A stretch of 64,000 bases of DNA, taken from positions 32,001-96,000 of the forward strand of contig CBDATR010000009.1 of the NCBI GenBank assembly GCA_965200155.1, in the 5' to 3' direction. The notes under the pieces were generated by a model, which saw nothing but the letters and a program-made list of their open reading frames with translations, had not been told where the DNA came from and made no database searches. Made by a program: the position numbers and the translations under genes. Origin of the DNA: Nitrosopumilaceae archaeon (lineage in GTDB: Archaea; Thermoproteota; Nitrososphaeria; Nitrososphaerales; Nitrosopumilaceae). Of the stretch, positions 10,664 through 20,227 are shown piece after piece. The number at the start of each line of letters is the position of its first letter. Positions within the stretch are counted from its first letter, which is position 1.

Positions 10664-11605
10664 GTGAGAAGTGCAACCTTCTCTCATTGTAGTAGTCCAC
10701 ATAATCCCGGAGACTGTCATAATGCCATATCTCATTGGACTCTTAAATAAGAGTCCCCTCGTCCTCAATCATTCCATGGAAGCGCTCCAGTTTGCCATTT
10801 GTCTGCGGGTGGTATGGTCTGGAATTGATTAGTATGATGTCTTGATTCAGCAGTTCTTCCTCGAATAGTGGGTTTCCAGTTCTTTTTGCCCTTTTATTGT
10901 CCTACGAAACACGCGCCGTTATCCGAGATGTAGGGGCGCCGAATCGTTTCATTGCCAGTCTCAGTAATAGAGTGGCGTTCTCTGAGGTTGCATGCTCAAA
11001 TAGTGCCGCTCCGACTATACACCTGGATGTATCATCTATGAGATTCAGTCCCCTGAAGCGCTCATCTTTTCATGACATGCCAGTGCCACATTGCATTGGA
11101 ATATTTACGCTCATAGTGTACCCACTCTGACTTTGCAGATGATGAGACTGCCGTACAGGTATGAGTTCACGTCTTCCGGAATCTTGTGCACAAATCACAT
11201 TAACTAGAACAACCTGTTCCATCAGTTATGCGTAAATTTAGACATAGGTGAACTCACACCCGTACAGTTCTTTTTCATTATGCGATATACTGCGCGATAT
11301 GTATGTCTAAGCCTCTTTGCAATATGTACTACTCCGGTGGGATCCTTGCTGTATGCTTCAGTTACCATTCGTATCTGGGTGGCGGTGATTGGTATCATAG
11401 GCCTGCCCATCTTTACTCGAGTCGTTCCCGTCCTCTGGTTCACAATCTTCGTACGTGTCTTGTTTCAGGTCTTGAGCTATTTTGGTGGCGGCAACGCCTC
11501 TTGTCTTGATTCCTCTGTTATTCTCTTTACCATCTGGCTTGTGCAATGAAATAGTCAGCTACTGTACGCCGGATCCTAAGCGGACTTACTTTTCGTACTA
11601 TTGAA
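10664..11605 (-). mobile_element. IS481-like element copy 1, decayed and truncated
   Basis: Near-identical inverted copy of 22079-22912; integrase-core INSRPYHPQTNGKLERFHG; multiple stops and frameshifts. Confidence 0.8.
11159..11259 (+). mobile_element. MITE family 1, variant B, nested in IS481-like copy 1
   Basis: Perfect TSD CCGTACAG; the equivalent site in IS copy 2 (~22410) is empty. Confidence 0.95.
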
Positions 11606-12443
11606 TACTGATTGAGTCGGGACTGACACCATCCCCTGTTGCGCATAGTATACCGTCCCCGCTTACAGAGATATCTATGATTCCGGTACTAAACCCTTCC
11701 GGTATGAGTCCCCTGACATAGGTGGAATCCTCACCAAATGTCAGGTTTGGACTATTCGAGGAAACCATGAAAGTGACGCCGCCGGGCGGGGCGGTTACAG
11801 TGTGCAATAGCGGTCCGCCAGGAATAGATGAATGATAGTCTCTGAGAGGTTGGTCCTTATCTCCTTGTTGGGATTTGGTGTCTCAAATATGCCCTCTGCG
11901 GCACGATTCGCTATGGCGACTGATGTGGTATTGGCCGGTTCCTAGCATATAGCACCGTTCTCGCCGGGTCCCACAATCCACAAGCGGGAAACTGTTCCCA
12001 CGCCGGGATGCGTCTCGACTGGTATCTCGTGTATGCTCCCGTCCGGTGTTATAACGGTAATATCGGTGGAAATCTTGCCGGTTAGAATGGTAGAGCCACC
12101 GGTAGAATGTCAAATATGGCGTGAATCGTGCCGGAATATAGTGTGACAGTTTCGGACAAAACTGACTTTGTTCTAACACAAGTCCCCCTGCCGTACCCTA
12201 TGTCGCCGTCGCATTCATCCACTCGTCGTACTCGTATGTTATCCCACTTTCGTGACTACAATTTAGTGCCCGAATACCCGCTTGAACGAGAACACTATTC
12301 TGTGATTATCTAGACCAACCATCCCCTGTTGCCACCTTCCAGATTCGCCGGTTTTCTGCCTTTTTCTCCTCTGACATGAGCTGAATGTGCACTTTTTGGC
12401 TTCTCTCAAGCTGATCCCGGACTGCAATCTATCACGCGCCGCC

Positions 12444-12839
12444 CTTTCCATTAGCGGCGGAATCTAGTCGGACCATAGTGACCTGCACGTCCAGAGTATG
12501 AGAGTACGCTGGATCTTTCCATTAGCGGCGGAATCTAGTCGGACCATAGTGACCTGCACGTCCAGAGTATGAGAGTACGCTGGATCTTTCCATTAGCGGC
12601 GGAATCTAGTCGGACCATAGTGACCTGCACGTCCAGAGTATGAGAGTACGCTGGATCTTTCCATTAGCGGCGGAATCTAGTCTGACCATAGTGACCTGCA
12701 CGTCCAGAGTATGAGAGTACGCTGGATCTTTCCATTAGCGGCGGAATCTAGTCTGACCATAGTAATCTGGTAACTATGGTAGCTTCCCACTTGAACCGCA
12801 ATGTCCATTAGCGGCGGAATCTAGTCTGACCATAGTAAT
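12444..12839. repeat. CRISPR-like neo-array: six copies of a ~36-bp segment of transposase DNA separated by 35-bp insert A (x4) and 37-bp insert B
   Basis: CTTTCCATTAGCGGCGGAATCTAGTC(G/T)GACCATAGT at 12444, 12515, 12586, 12657, 12728; a second 36-bp duplication at 12731-12766/12804-12839. Confidence 0.9.
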
Positions 12840-13214
12840 GGGCAAAATTTCCATATCCTGGCAAAATTTCATATTATTCCTGGACGCGTATACCCCAGTC
12901 AGCAACATCCTGCAGTACTCATTGCATATTTGTGGTTCTTGGTATGACTTGCCGACATCTGATTGTTTCTCACTTTCATCGGGTAGTTCCAGTACCCTGC
13001 CCACCAGCTCCCTTATGGGGGCCACCATAAGTCTCTAGATCACAAATTCAGCATTTGTCACACAGAATCCCCGTCTTACATACCATAGACTTATGGAACA
13101 TGTTATAGTAACGACGAGTCACCGGTTTGATCATCGGTGACTGCTGCATCTGCTTTCAACATCCACCAGCACTGGTGAATCTCTGTTCCACCTTCAATTT
13201 GTAGCCAATCCATT

Positions 13215-13315
13215 GTATAAGTTCACGTCTTCCGGAATCTTATGCACAAATCACATTAACTAGAACAACCTGTTCCATCAGTTATCCGTAAATTTAGACA
13301 TAGGTGAACTCATAC
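13215..13315 (+). mobile_element. MITE family 1, variant B, inside the IS5 remnant
   Basis: TSD AATCCATT. Confidence 0.93.
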
Positions 13316-13771
13316 AATCCATTTGCCACGGCTACAAGTTTCCAGTCCGGTGAATCATGGTCCGGGTTTCATCGCGATTGGTACTGGCGAGTCGCCATTA
13401 TTGATATCAAGATCTTGCATACATTGGTATATTGTAGAGTAGTACGGGGTTTGTCCCCGTTCAGCATAACCATAAAAACCAGATAGCTGCCGGTATCTAA
13501 TGCCGTGTACATTGCAGCGGGAACCATCATCCGGGCATCCAAATGGTGCACCCTCCTTGTTGGGCTTTCTAATACCACGAGGGGTCAGGCTCAAATGCGA
13601 GACTCATTCCCTGTAGGACGTACTTGGTGAATACTAGGAATATTCCCGGATATTAATGCTTGAATCTAAGATTGTAACAAAGTGGACGGAAATGAACAAA
13701 TTATTCCTCATAAGTGTGATTTGCCTACATAACTTGACCAAGTTATGCAACAATCTACACACTATAGAGCA

Positions 13772-13781
13772 TTTTTATAAA
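13772..13781 (+). promoter_or_regulatory. Archaeal TATA box upstream of srp19
   Basis: TTTTTATAAA about 20-30 bp before the ATG, which fits a leaderless transcript. Confidence 0.55.
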
Positions 13782-13800
13782 CTCATGACGAACACAACAC

Positions 13801-14091
13801 ATGAAGGATTATGACGCAATAGTGGTATGGACAGACTATTTCAACAGGGCGCTATCCCGTTCCGGTGGGAGGCGGATGGGCCGTGACATGTGCATGCATG
13901 ATCCATCTGTAACAGACCTGTCCGAGGCGGCCAAAAAAGCTGGATTGAAGGTAATTGACACGGCGCCGGATGCCCGGTATCCGCGCCGTCCACATCTGCG
14001 ATCCGGATATATCTCCCTTACAAAAACAACACCCAAGACAAAGGCATTAAGGAGAATAGCCTCCAAGCTGGTAGCTCAAAAAAAGCGATAG
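13801..14091 (+). CDS. srp19: Signal recognition particle protein SRP19
   Basis: VVWxDYF..LSRSGGRR..P....L..AA..LG..YPR motif; usual neighbour of gar1/tfb. Confidence 0.9.
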   Translation: MKDYDAIVVWTDYFNRALSRSGGRRMGRDMCMHDPSVTDLSEAAKKAGLKVIDTAPDARYPRRPHLRSGYISLTKTTPKTKALRRIASKLVAQKKR

Positions 14092-14278
14092 GTAGGTTTA
14101 CTGGCACAATGATATGGGAATATAGAAAGAGGGCGTGGAAAATTGCAACCATGTCCATAACGAACATCATGTCTAAGGCGCCGGTACCATGCTAGAACCA
14201 CAATGTAGTGACTACAAGTCTTAGTAACAAATTCTACATCTGCCACAATTCCTGTCTTGTATTGCGAGTTCCATGACT

Positions 14279-14386
14279 GTAACCGTTTAGTTCACCCCTG
14301 AACGCGAGCATGTCCGTTTTTGCCTTTCTATCATTACCATGCCCGTGGATTTACCGTCTCGGTTTAAACGCGACCTAAAAAGTTAC
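14279..14386 (+). mobile_element. MITE family 2, copy 2
   Basis: Imperfect TIR; perfect 8-bp TSD CCATGACT. Confidence 0.85.
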
Positions 14387-14399
14387 CCATGACTCTGTG

Positions 14400-14700
14400 A
14401 CAGATTTATAAAGCACCAGTACCATAGTAAACCGTACTGAAATGACACATACCGTAACACTCTCACTAAAACCGAGCAAAAAGTCTGCCTTGCCGGTTCA
14501 TAACACGAACCGGTATGAGGAACCACGCTTAACTAGGGACAGAGGAACTGGTTCTCTCCACAGAGTCCATCTGTTAAGAGGCGTCAGTTATGACGCGCCA
14601 AAGTCCAGTCACACCTTATCGGGGCGCCAGTGGGCAAGGACTATGGAGCGCGCCATGTCATTCAAGTATGGCTGACGCCGGTGACAAAGAAAAACAAAGC
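14400..14700 (+). mobile_element. Internally deleted tnpB-derived remnant with structured 3' region
   Basis: CACGCTTAACTAGGGACA (RLTRD) shared with tnpB pieces at ~24397-24414 and ~25890-25908; TATA box at 14405; several hairpins. Confidence 0.5.
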
Positions 14701-14757
14701 TAAAGGTCAAAAAAAACACACAGTATACTTTGTAAACTAATATGACATTGCCATGTT

Positions 14758-14997
14758 ATGAAAGAGACAGGAACAATATTACATGTAGCAAAAAGTGGTA
14801 GAGTTATTATCCGGCTTGCAGGGTCGGCTCCTCATGGTGACATAGTATATGATGCCAAGGGGGCCCGGGTGGCTCGGATACGGGAAATCATAGGTCCAGT
14901 GTCAGCCCCCTATGCATCCGCGGAGATACTCACCAATAACATCAAAAAGTATCTGGGACAGAGCGTTTTATCAAAGATGGAGGGCGCCCGTTCATGA
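14758..14997 (+). CDS. gar1: H/ACA RNP protein Gar1
   Basis: G.ILHVAKSGRVII..VYD..G..IGPVSAPY motif; ATGA overlap with tfb. Confidence 0.88.
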   Translation: MKETGTILHVAKSGRVIIRLAGSAPHGDIVYDAKGARVARIREIIGPVSAPYASAEILTNNIKKYLGQSVLSKMEGARS

Positions 14998-15932
14998 TGG
15001 CCAGGGCGCAGTATTGTCGCGAGTGCCGATCACCCCTAGTTGACGACTTTGATAATGGCGAGGTAGTATGCACCCGGTGCGGTATTGTTGTAGCGGATCA
15101 TATGGCATATTCGGGACCGGAGTTTAGTAATAGTGAGAACATGATGACTCGGGCTTCGGGTCAGCTGATTTACTCACAGCATGACTTGGGCATAACCACG
15201 GACATTGACGGCAGGAACACAGACTATGGCGGCAAGCCCATAAAGCACTCCATGGTGTCCAACATAACGCATCTAAGACAGTGGCAGCAACGCATAAGAG
15301 TAAACGGAACCAGGGACAGGCGCACCACAAGTGTACTTACCAAGATAAGCGACTTGTGCAGTACCATGAATCTACCAAAGAACGTATTGGACACCGCCTC
15401 CTTGGAGTATCGCAATCTGGACAGTCGCGTTGATTTGAAGAACAAGTCGGTGGTGGCCATGTCCGCGGCAGTGCTGTACATTGCATGCAAAAAGTGTGGA
15501 GTCATACGCTCCATTGAGGATATGGTAAATGTCATGTGTACGGGCAGGGATGCGCGCACAAAAGTAAAGCTGGCAGGCAGGTACTATCGTACACTGGTAC
15601 TAGCGGTGGGCAGCAAGCACAACACACTCATGCCAATAGAGAAGTACATATCCAAGATATCCAACAACATACGGGGCGAGGTCCGCATGGAGAGGCTAGC
15701 ACTACAGCTTGCCAATAAAACCCAAAACCATGCCATTATGGAAGGCAAGGATCCCAGCGGCGTGGCCGCGGCATACCTGTACATATCGGCCATACTGCTG
15801 GGGCGCGATATAGTACAACAGGACATAGCAGAGGCGGGCAACGTGACCGATGTTACGGTACGCAGCAGGTGTAAGGAGATTCTGGACAAGTATGATATCA
15901 CAATAACAGTAAGACCGTTGGCCCTAAGATAA
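14994..15932 (+). CDS. tfb: Transcription initiation factor IIB
   Basis: CxxC..GEVVCxxCG zinc ribbon, two cyclin repeats, GKDPSGVAAAYLY, VTDVTVRSR. Confidence 0.95.
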   Translation: MMARAQYCRECRSPLVDDFDNGEVVCTRCGIVVADHMAYSGPEFSNSENMMTRASGQLIYSQHDLGITTDIDGRNTDYGGKPIKHSMVSNITHLRQWQQRIRVNGTRDRRTTSVLTKISDLCSTMNLPKNVLDTASLEYRNLDSRVDLKNKSVVAMSAAVLYIACKKCGVIRSIEDMVNVMCTGRDARTKVKLAGRYYRTLVLAVGSKHNTLMPIEKYISKISNNIRGEVRMERLALQLANKTQNHAIMEGKDPSGVAAAYLYISAILLGRDIVQQDIAEAGNVTDVTVRSRCKEILDKYDITITVRPLALR

Positions 15933-16113
15933 GGGCGGGCAATAATTCTTCATCTTTTTAGGAGGTGTATGGGGGGTACCCCTTGTGTTGCACAAGATAA
16001 ACCAAAATAATACGGAAAAGCTGATCCCCGTATCTGCATTTCTTGGCAGAGTGACTTACACGCAGAGATATAGATCGTGATGAATAAATACAAAGAACTC
16101 ATTCCGATAACAA

Positions 16114-17253
16114 ATGCATAATCTTGCGATTTGTCTGGGTGTACCACTACTTGTTATAGCCGGTTTGGGATTATCCCATGCACAGATGGTGACCCTAGGG
16201 GGCGTCTTTAATACGTCTGGTTGGCCGGATGACGAGAGAAGCCAATACGCCGCAGAGCTGGCCATCGCGGACTTTAACGTGTATTCATCACAGATAGGCT
16301 CGGACATATTCATAGTAATGGTTGCAGAAGATACGGAGGATGATGATTCTATTGCTCTAAGCAAGATTCAGTCCCTTCAAAATCGGGGCATTGATCTGAT
16401 AGTGGGTGTGCCATTCAGTAATTATATCAACGTGTCATACAACTACATACATGACAATAACATGCTGGTCATATCCCATGCAGCCCAGGCTACGGAGCAG
16501 GAGATAGACGATAACATATTCCGGATCCTGCCAAACTCCGGCAAGGAGACACCGGTCCTAAGCTCCGCCATACAGGGTACGGGTATTGATACACTGGTTA
16601 CTATATCCCAGGGTAACCTGTGGGGAAATTCCATAGTGAATGGGATAAATGATACATTTGACGGCGAGGTCATAAAATCCATACAATATACAAATGACAC
16701 AGATTTTTCGCAGGAGATATCTATAATGAATGACGAGGTGGGCAAACTTGTTGAGGAACGGGGGGCAGACCGGATTGGCATACTCTTTATGGGCAGTGAG
16801 GAGGTGATTGCTATAATACAGCAGATGGCACCCTATGAGAGCCTGAATAGTGTAAGATGGTTTGGTACAGACAGACAGGCCGCGCACAAGTATATGCTGG
16901 CCGATCCAGTAACGCTGGGCTTGGCAGAGGCGGCCCAGTTTACGGCAACCACACTCGCCGTACCGGATAATGTCCTGAATCGTGCCGTGGACGAGAGATT
17001 CCTGGAAAAGTATGGCGTCATGCCCAGTACGTATAACTATGCGGCGTATGACGCTGTCTGGCTCTTGTCCTCGACCATACTGCACACACAAAGCACCGAT
17101 GTGGACACGCTGGTGAATGCATTACCGCTTGTGGCATCGCACACTGTGGGCGCCTCCGGGTACTTGGAGCTAAGCGAGGGCGGTGATCTGAATAATGCGG
17201 ATTATCAGGTATGGCAGATAGTGAACGGCGAATGGGTACAGATTCCGCGTTAG
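16114..17253 (+). CDS. ABC transporter substrate-binding protein (LivJ-like)
   Basis: Signal peptide, DDNIFRILP, YAAYDAVWL, GASGYLEL; paralog of 5067-6224. Confidence 0.85.
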   Translation: MHNLAICLGVPLLVIAGLGLSHAQMVTLGGVFNTSGWPDDERSQYAAELAIADFNVYSSQIGSDIFIVMVAEDTEDDDSIALSKIQSLQNRGIDLIVGVPFSNYINVSYNYIHDNNMLVISHAAQATEQEIDDNIFRILPNSGKETPVLSSAIQGTGIDTLVTISQGNLWGNSIVNGINDTFDGEVIKSIQYTNDTDFSQEISIMNDEVGKLVEERGADRIGILFMGSEEVIAIIQQMAPYESLNSVRWFGTDRQAAHKYMLADPVTLGLAEAAQFTATTLAVPDNVLNRAVDERFLEKYGVMPSTYNYAAYDAVWLLSSTILHTQSTDVDTLVNALPLVASHTVGASGYLELSEGGDLNNADYQVWQIVNGEWVQIPR

Positions 17254-17524
17254 CTGGCATGGCGCTTTTTGAAAACCATTCTGGCACAGGATTCCTGAAC
17301 AGTACCGTAGTGTGATCTCACCTGTGTATACACGATTAACGGTTGGTAATGTGATCAAGATACAAACTCATTGTCAGAGTGTCTGGGTATGTGATTCCAG
17401 AATTACCCTCTTCTTGGTGGCGACCAAATAACATGGATTCCCAAGAGAACTTGCGACGATCCAAACTTATATTCTATAGAAAGCATTGTGGTTAATGGGG
17501 CAAGTTCTGTCCGCTGATAAATGT

Positions 17525-18128
17525 ATGATTGCAAGGGTCTGGGACAAGGAGTACAGTAATGGAAGGTATGCCGACGACTCCCCGCCGGAATTTGTCCAAT
17601 AATCATGGAATGGTTAGAGCAGAATCCGGAGATTCGCAATTCCAGAGGTCTTTACGCTGGATGCGGGAATGGTCGCAACTATGTGACACTGACTCATTCC
17701 GGACTGGACATTACCGGACTGGATGTGTCCACAGTGGGCCTGGAACAGATAGTAACCAAGGATCCGTCGCTGGCCTCAAAGCTTGTGCAGGGGGACATGA
17801 TTGATCATGCCGGAATGTACGGCTATATCATAGCGATACAGTCATTTCAGCATGAGGATACTACAGGGGTCCATGAATATTTCAGAAAGATTGCCAGTAT
17901 GCTGAGAGCGGGAGGCATGCTCTTTGTGCGTGTGAATGCTGTCAGTACTGATATTAATCACGCCCATGTCATAACGGAGCAGGCAAGCGGGGGCTTTATC
18001 ATTCTGTACAAGAACGGACCCAAGAGCGGATTGCGCATACATTTCTTCTCAAAGGAAGAGTTACTGAGTATGGTCGCGGCTTCCGGCCTTGTGGTGAGAC
18101 ATGTAACGATGGTAACAGCTAATCATAC
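17525..18128 (+). pseudogene. Class I SAM-dependent methyltransferase, frameshifted and MITE-interrupted
   Basis: WDKEY N-terminus out of frame with the GCGNGRN..GLDVS motif I region; C-terminus cut by the MITE. Confidence 0.7.
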
Positions 18129-18227
18129 GTATGAGTTCACGTCTTCCGGAATCTTATGCACAAAAGAACCGGTTCTTTAACTGTCGCGATCAGTTGTGCG
18201 TAAATTTAGACACAGGTGAACTCATAC
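18129..18227 (+). mobile_element. MITE family 1, variant A
   Basis: TSD AATCATAC. Confidence 0.95.
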
Positions 18228-18292
18228 AATCATACTGCAGGACGGGGGTCATGGTCCCAGTGGGAGATTGTAGCAAGGCGGGAGGTAATTCC

Positions 18293-19187
18293 ATGACTGT
18301 TCTGGAACGAATAGTCATGGACAATGAACAGTCTGCGCCACTGTCTGACAAGTTATCATTGTATGCACTTTTGCTACAACTGCGACGGCCAAGCTGATAC
18401 GGGCAATAACAGCACTGGGCGCCAGCGTGTTATACGTTCCCATCTCGTAATGGTGATTCCATATCTGACATCACCAATAATCCGCGCGTCACACCGGTAG
18501 AGACTGTCTCAGAAGCGGTGAGTCTGCATCTCTCCCATGCCTACATAATACTGGAGGAGGACATGTGTATAAGCAGGGTTATCCATGATAACACGGCCGC
18601 TTACAAATGGAAGAATACACTCTACACCATAGAGCAGACCACTAGAGGAATTCACAAATTTGGGAAAGCCAGACTTCTGTACCCGGTAGTTAACTTGGCC
18701 GAGACCAATCTCAAGCGCGAGCTGGGGAACTACATGGCCACCCAGGAATTCATACTGTCATTACTTGTAATACGGGAGTCCCTTACCCTATCGGGCAAGA
18801 GTGTCCTGGTACTGGGCATGGCTCAGTGGGTAGCGGCGTATGGGCACTGTGCGCCTCGCATGGGGGTGTCGTTACAGTTGCAGAAGAGGACTCTGCGACA
18901 CGCTGTTGCAGCATCTCGTGGATACAGGACCATTCACGCGCAGGATATTGACACTATCCTTCTATACCAGGATGTGATAATCTCCTGCACGCAGAACAGT
19001 CATGGCGATACCCCGGGGTTGGATCAGATAATGTTAATGAATCATAATTCCATAATAATTAATGCGGGCATTGAGACCGGCGAAATATCTCAGGATGCAC
19101 TGATTCCCGGTACCTACAAGAGGAATGGCGCAACCATTACCAAGAATGATGACAGTTGTGTTCTGTGCAATTTTGAAAAGATGGGCA
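18293..19187 (+). pseudogene. Adenosylhomocysteinase-like pseudogene
   Basis: EQTTRG..LLYPVVNL..KRELGN..LSGKSVLVLG..IINAG resembles the AdoHcyase core/NAD-binding region; stops and frameshifts. Confidence 0.55.
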
Positions 19188-19683
19188 GTATGAGTTCACG
19201 TGTTTAGATTGGTGTAATGCATTCTACGTATGAGTTCACGTCTTCCGGAATCTTATGCACAAAAGAACCGGTTCTTTAACTGTCGCGATCAGTTATGCGT
19301 AAATTTAGACACAGGTGAACTCATACCATTCTACTACAGAAAGGCCCGGTCTGGACTTTAACTGGCCGGGAATCATTCCCGGAACACGTCCAAGAATGAT
19401 TCAATCCCCCTCAGTAATTTGCGCGGACGACCCGCAACGATTCAGGGATGATCCGGGCGTCCTGATAGCGCCCAGGTGCGGATACACACCATTCTGTGAC
19501 TCATTCCATGGTAGCCATCCATATGAACTACTTACATCATCCAAATCCAGCCACTATTCTCTACTATTCCACATGTACCATGAATTGTTCCCAGGCATAA
19601 TCGGCCCTGGAATGGTCGCCCCTTTATTTACCGCACCCAATTGGAATCATTCCCGCTCACTACTGCCGCACATTCTAGCTGGC
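19188..19683 (-). mobile_element. Decayed longer element with the MITE-1 terminus; possible IS1595-like parent
   Basis: GTATGAGTTCACGT at 19188 followed by non-MITE sequence; minus-strand fragments VVHMDGYHGMSHRMV and GIESFLDVFR. Confidence 0.4.
19228..19326 (+). mobile_element. MITE family 1, variant A
   Basis: TSD CATTCTAC. Confidence 0.95.
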
Positions 19684-19691
19684 ATTAATTC

Positions 19692-19783
19692 GTATGAGTT
19701 CACGTCTTCCGGAATCTTGTGCACAAATCACATTAACTGTCGCGATCAGTTGTGCGTAAATTTAGACACAGGTGAACTCATAC
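19692..19783 (+). mobile_element. MITE family 1, variant C (92 bp)
   Basis: TSD ATTAATTC. Confidence 0.95.
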
Positions 19784-19847
19784 ATTAATTCCGTTATGTG
19801 TACTCTGTCGGGACAGGATATACGCCAGCCTTACTGTCTTTTGGCGA

Positions 19848-20168
19848 TTGGACGGCTAGAACAGACCCGTGGCTATGCCGCCCCATGGTTGGACGGCTAG
19901 AACAGACCCGTGGCTATGCCGCCCCATGGTTGGACGGCTAGAACAGACCCGTGGCTATGCCGCCCCATGGTTGGACGGCTAGAACAGACCCGTGGCTATG
20001 CCGCCCCATGGTTGGACGGCTAGAACAGACCCGTGGCTATGCCGCCCCATGGTTGGGCGGCTAGAACAGACCCGTGGCTATGCCGCCCCATGGTTGGGCG
20101 GCTAGAACAGACCCGTGGCTATGCCGCCCCATGGTTGGGCGGCTAGAACAATTTCGTGGCTATGCCGC
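19848..20168. repeat. 41-bp tandem repeat, about 7.8 copies
   Basis: Unit TTGG(A/G)CGGCTAGAACAGACCCGTGGCTATGCCGCCCCATGG. Confidence 0.95.
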
Positions 20169-20227
20169 ACTCTCATACAAGCCGGGTTGGCATCTGAACG
20201 CGTGAGACAACTTAAACTGAGAAAAAA

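Larger units (their letters stand above)
12150..13600 (-). pseudogene. IS5-family transposase remnant
   Basis: Fragments GIRYRQLSGF, PYYSTIY, TGLE..RGKWI, GVYASRNNMKF..ILPITMVRLDS, IVFSFKRVFG in the expected order. Boundaries approximate. Confidence 0.65.

Noticed and set aside
12444-12839. A conventional second CRISPR array of another cas type
   Set aside because: The repeat is in-frame transposase sequence; no leader or cas genes nearby; four of five inserts are identical.
14442-14690. Structured region as RNase P or SRP RNA
   Set aside because: No GAGGAAAGUCC P4 motif or SRP helix-8 motif; it shares sequence with tnpB remnants.
17310-17372. Possible degenerate MITE-1 copy
   Set aside because: Only one end is recognisable and there is no TSD; not counted.
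19848-20168. 41-bp repeats as a CRISPR array
   Set aside because: Contiguous units without spacers.
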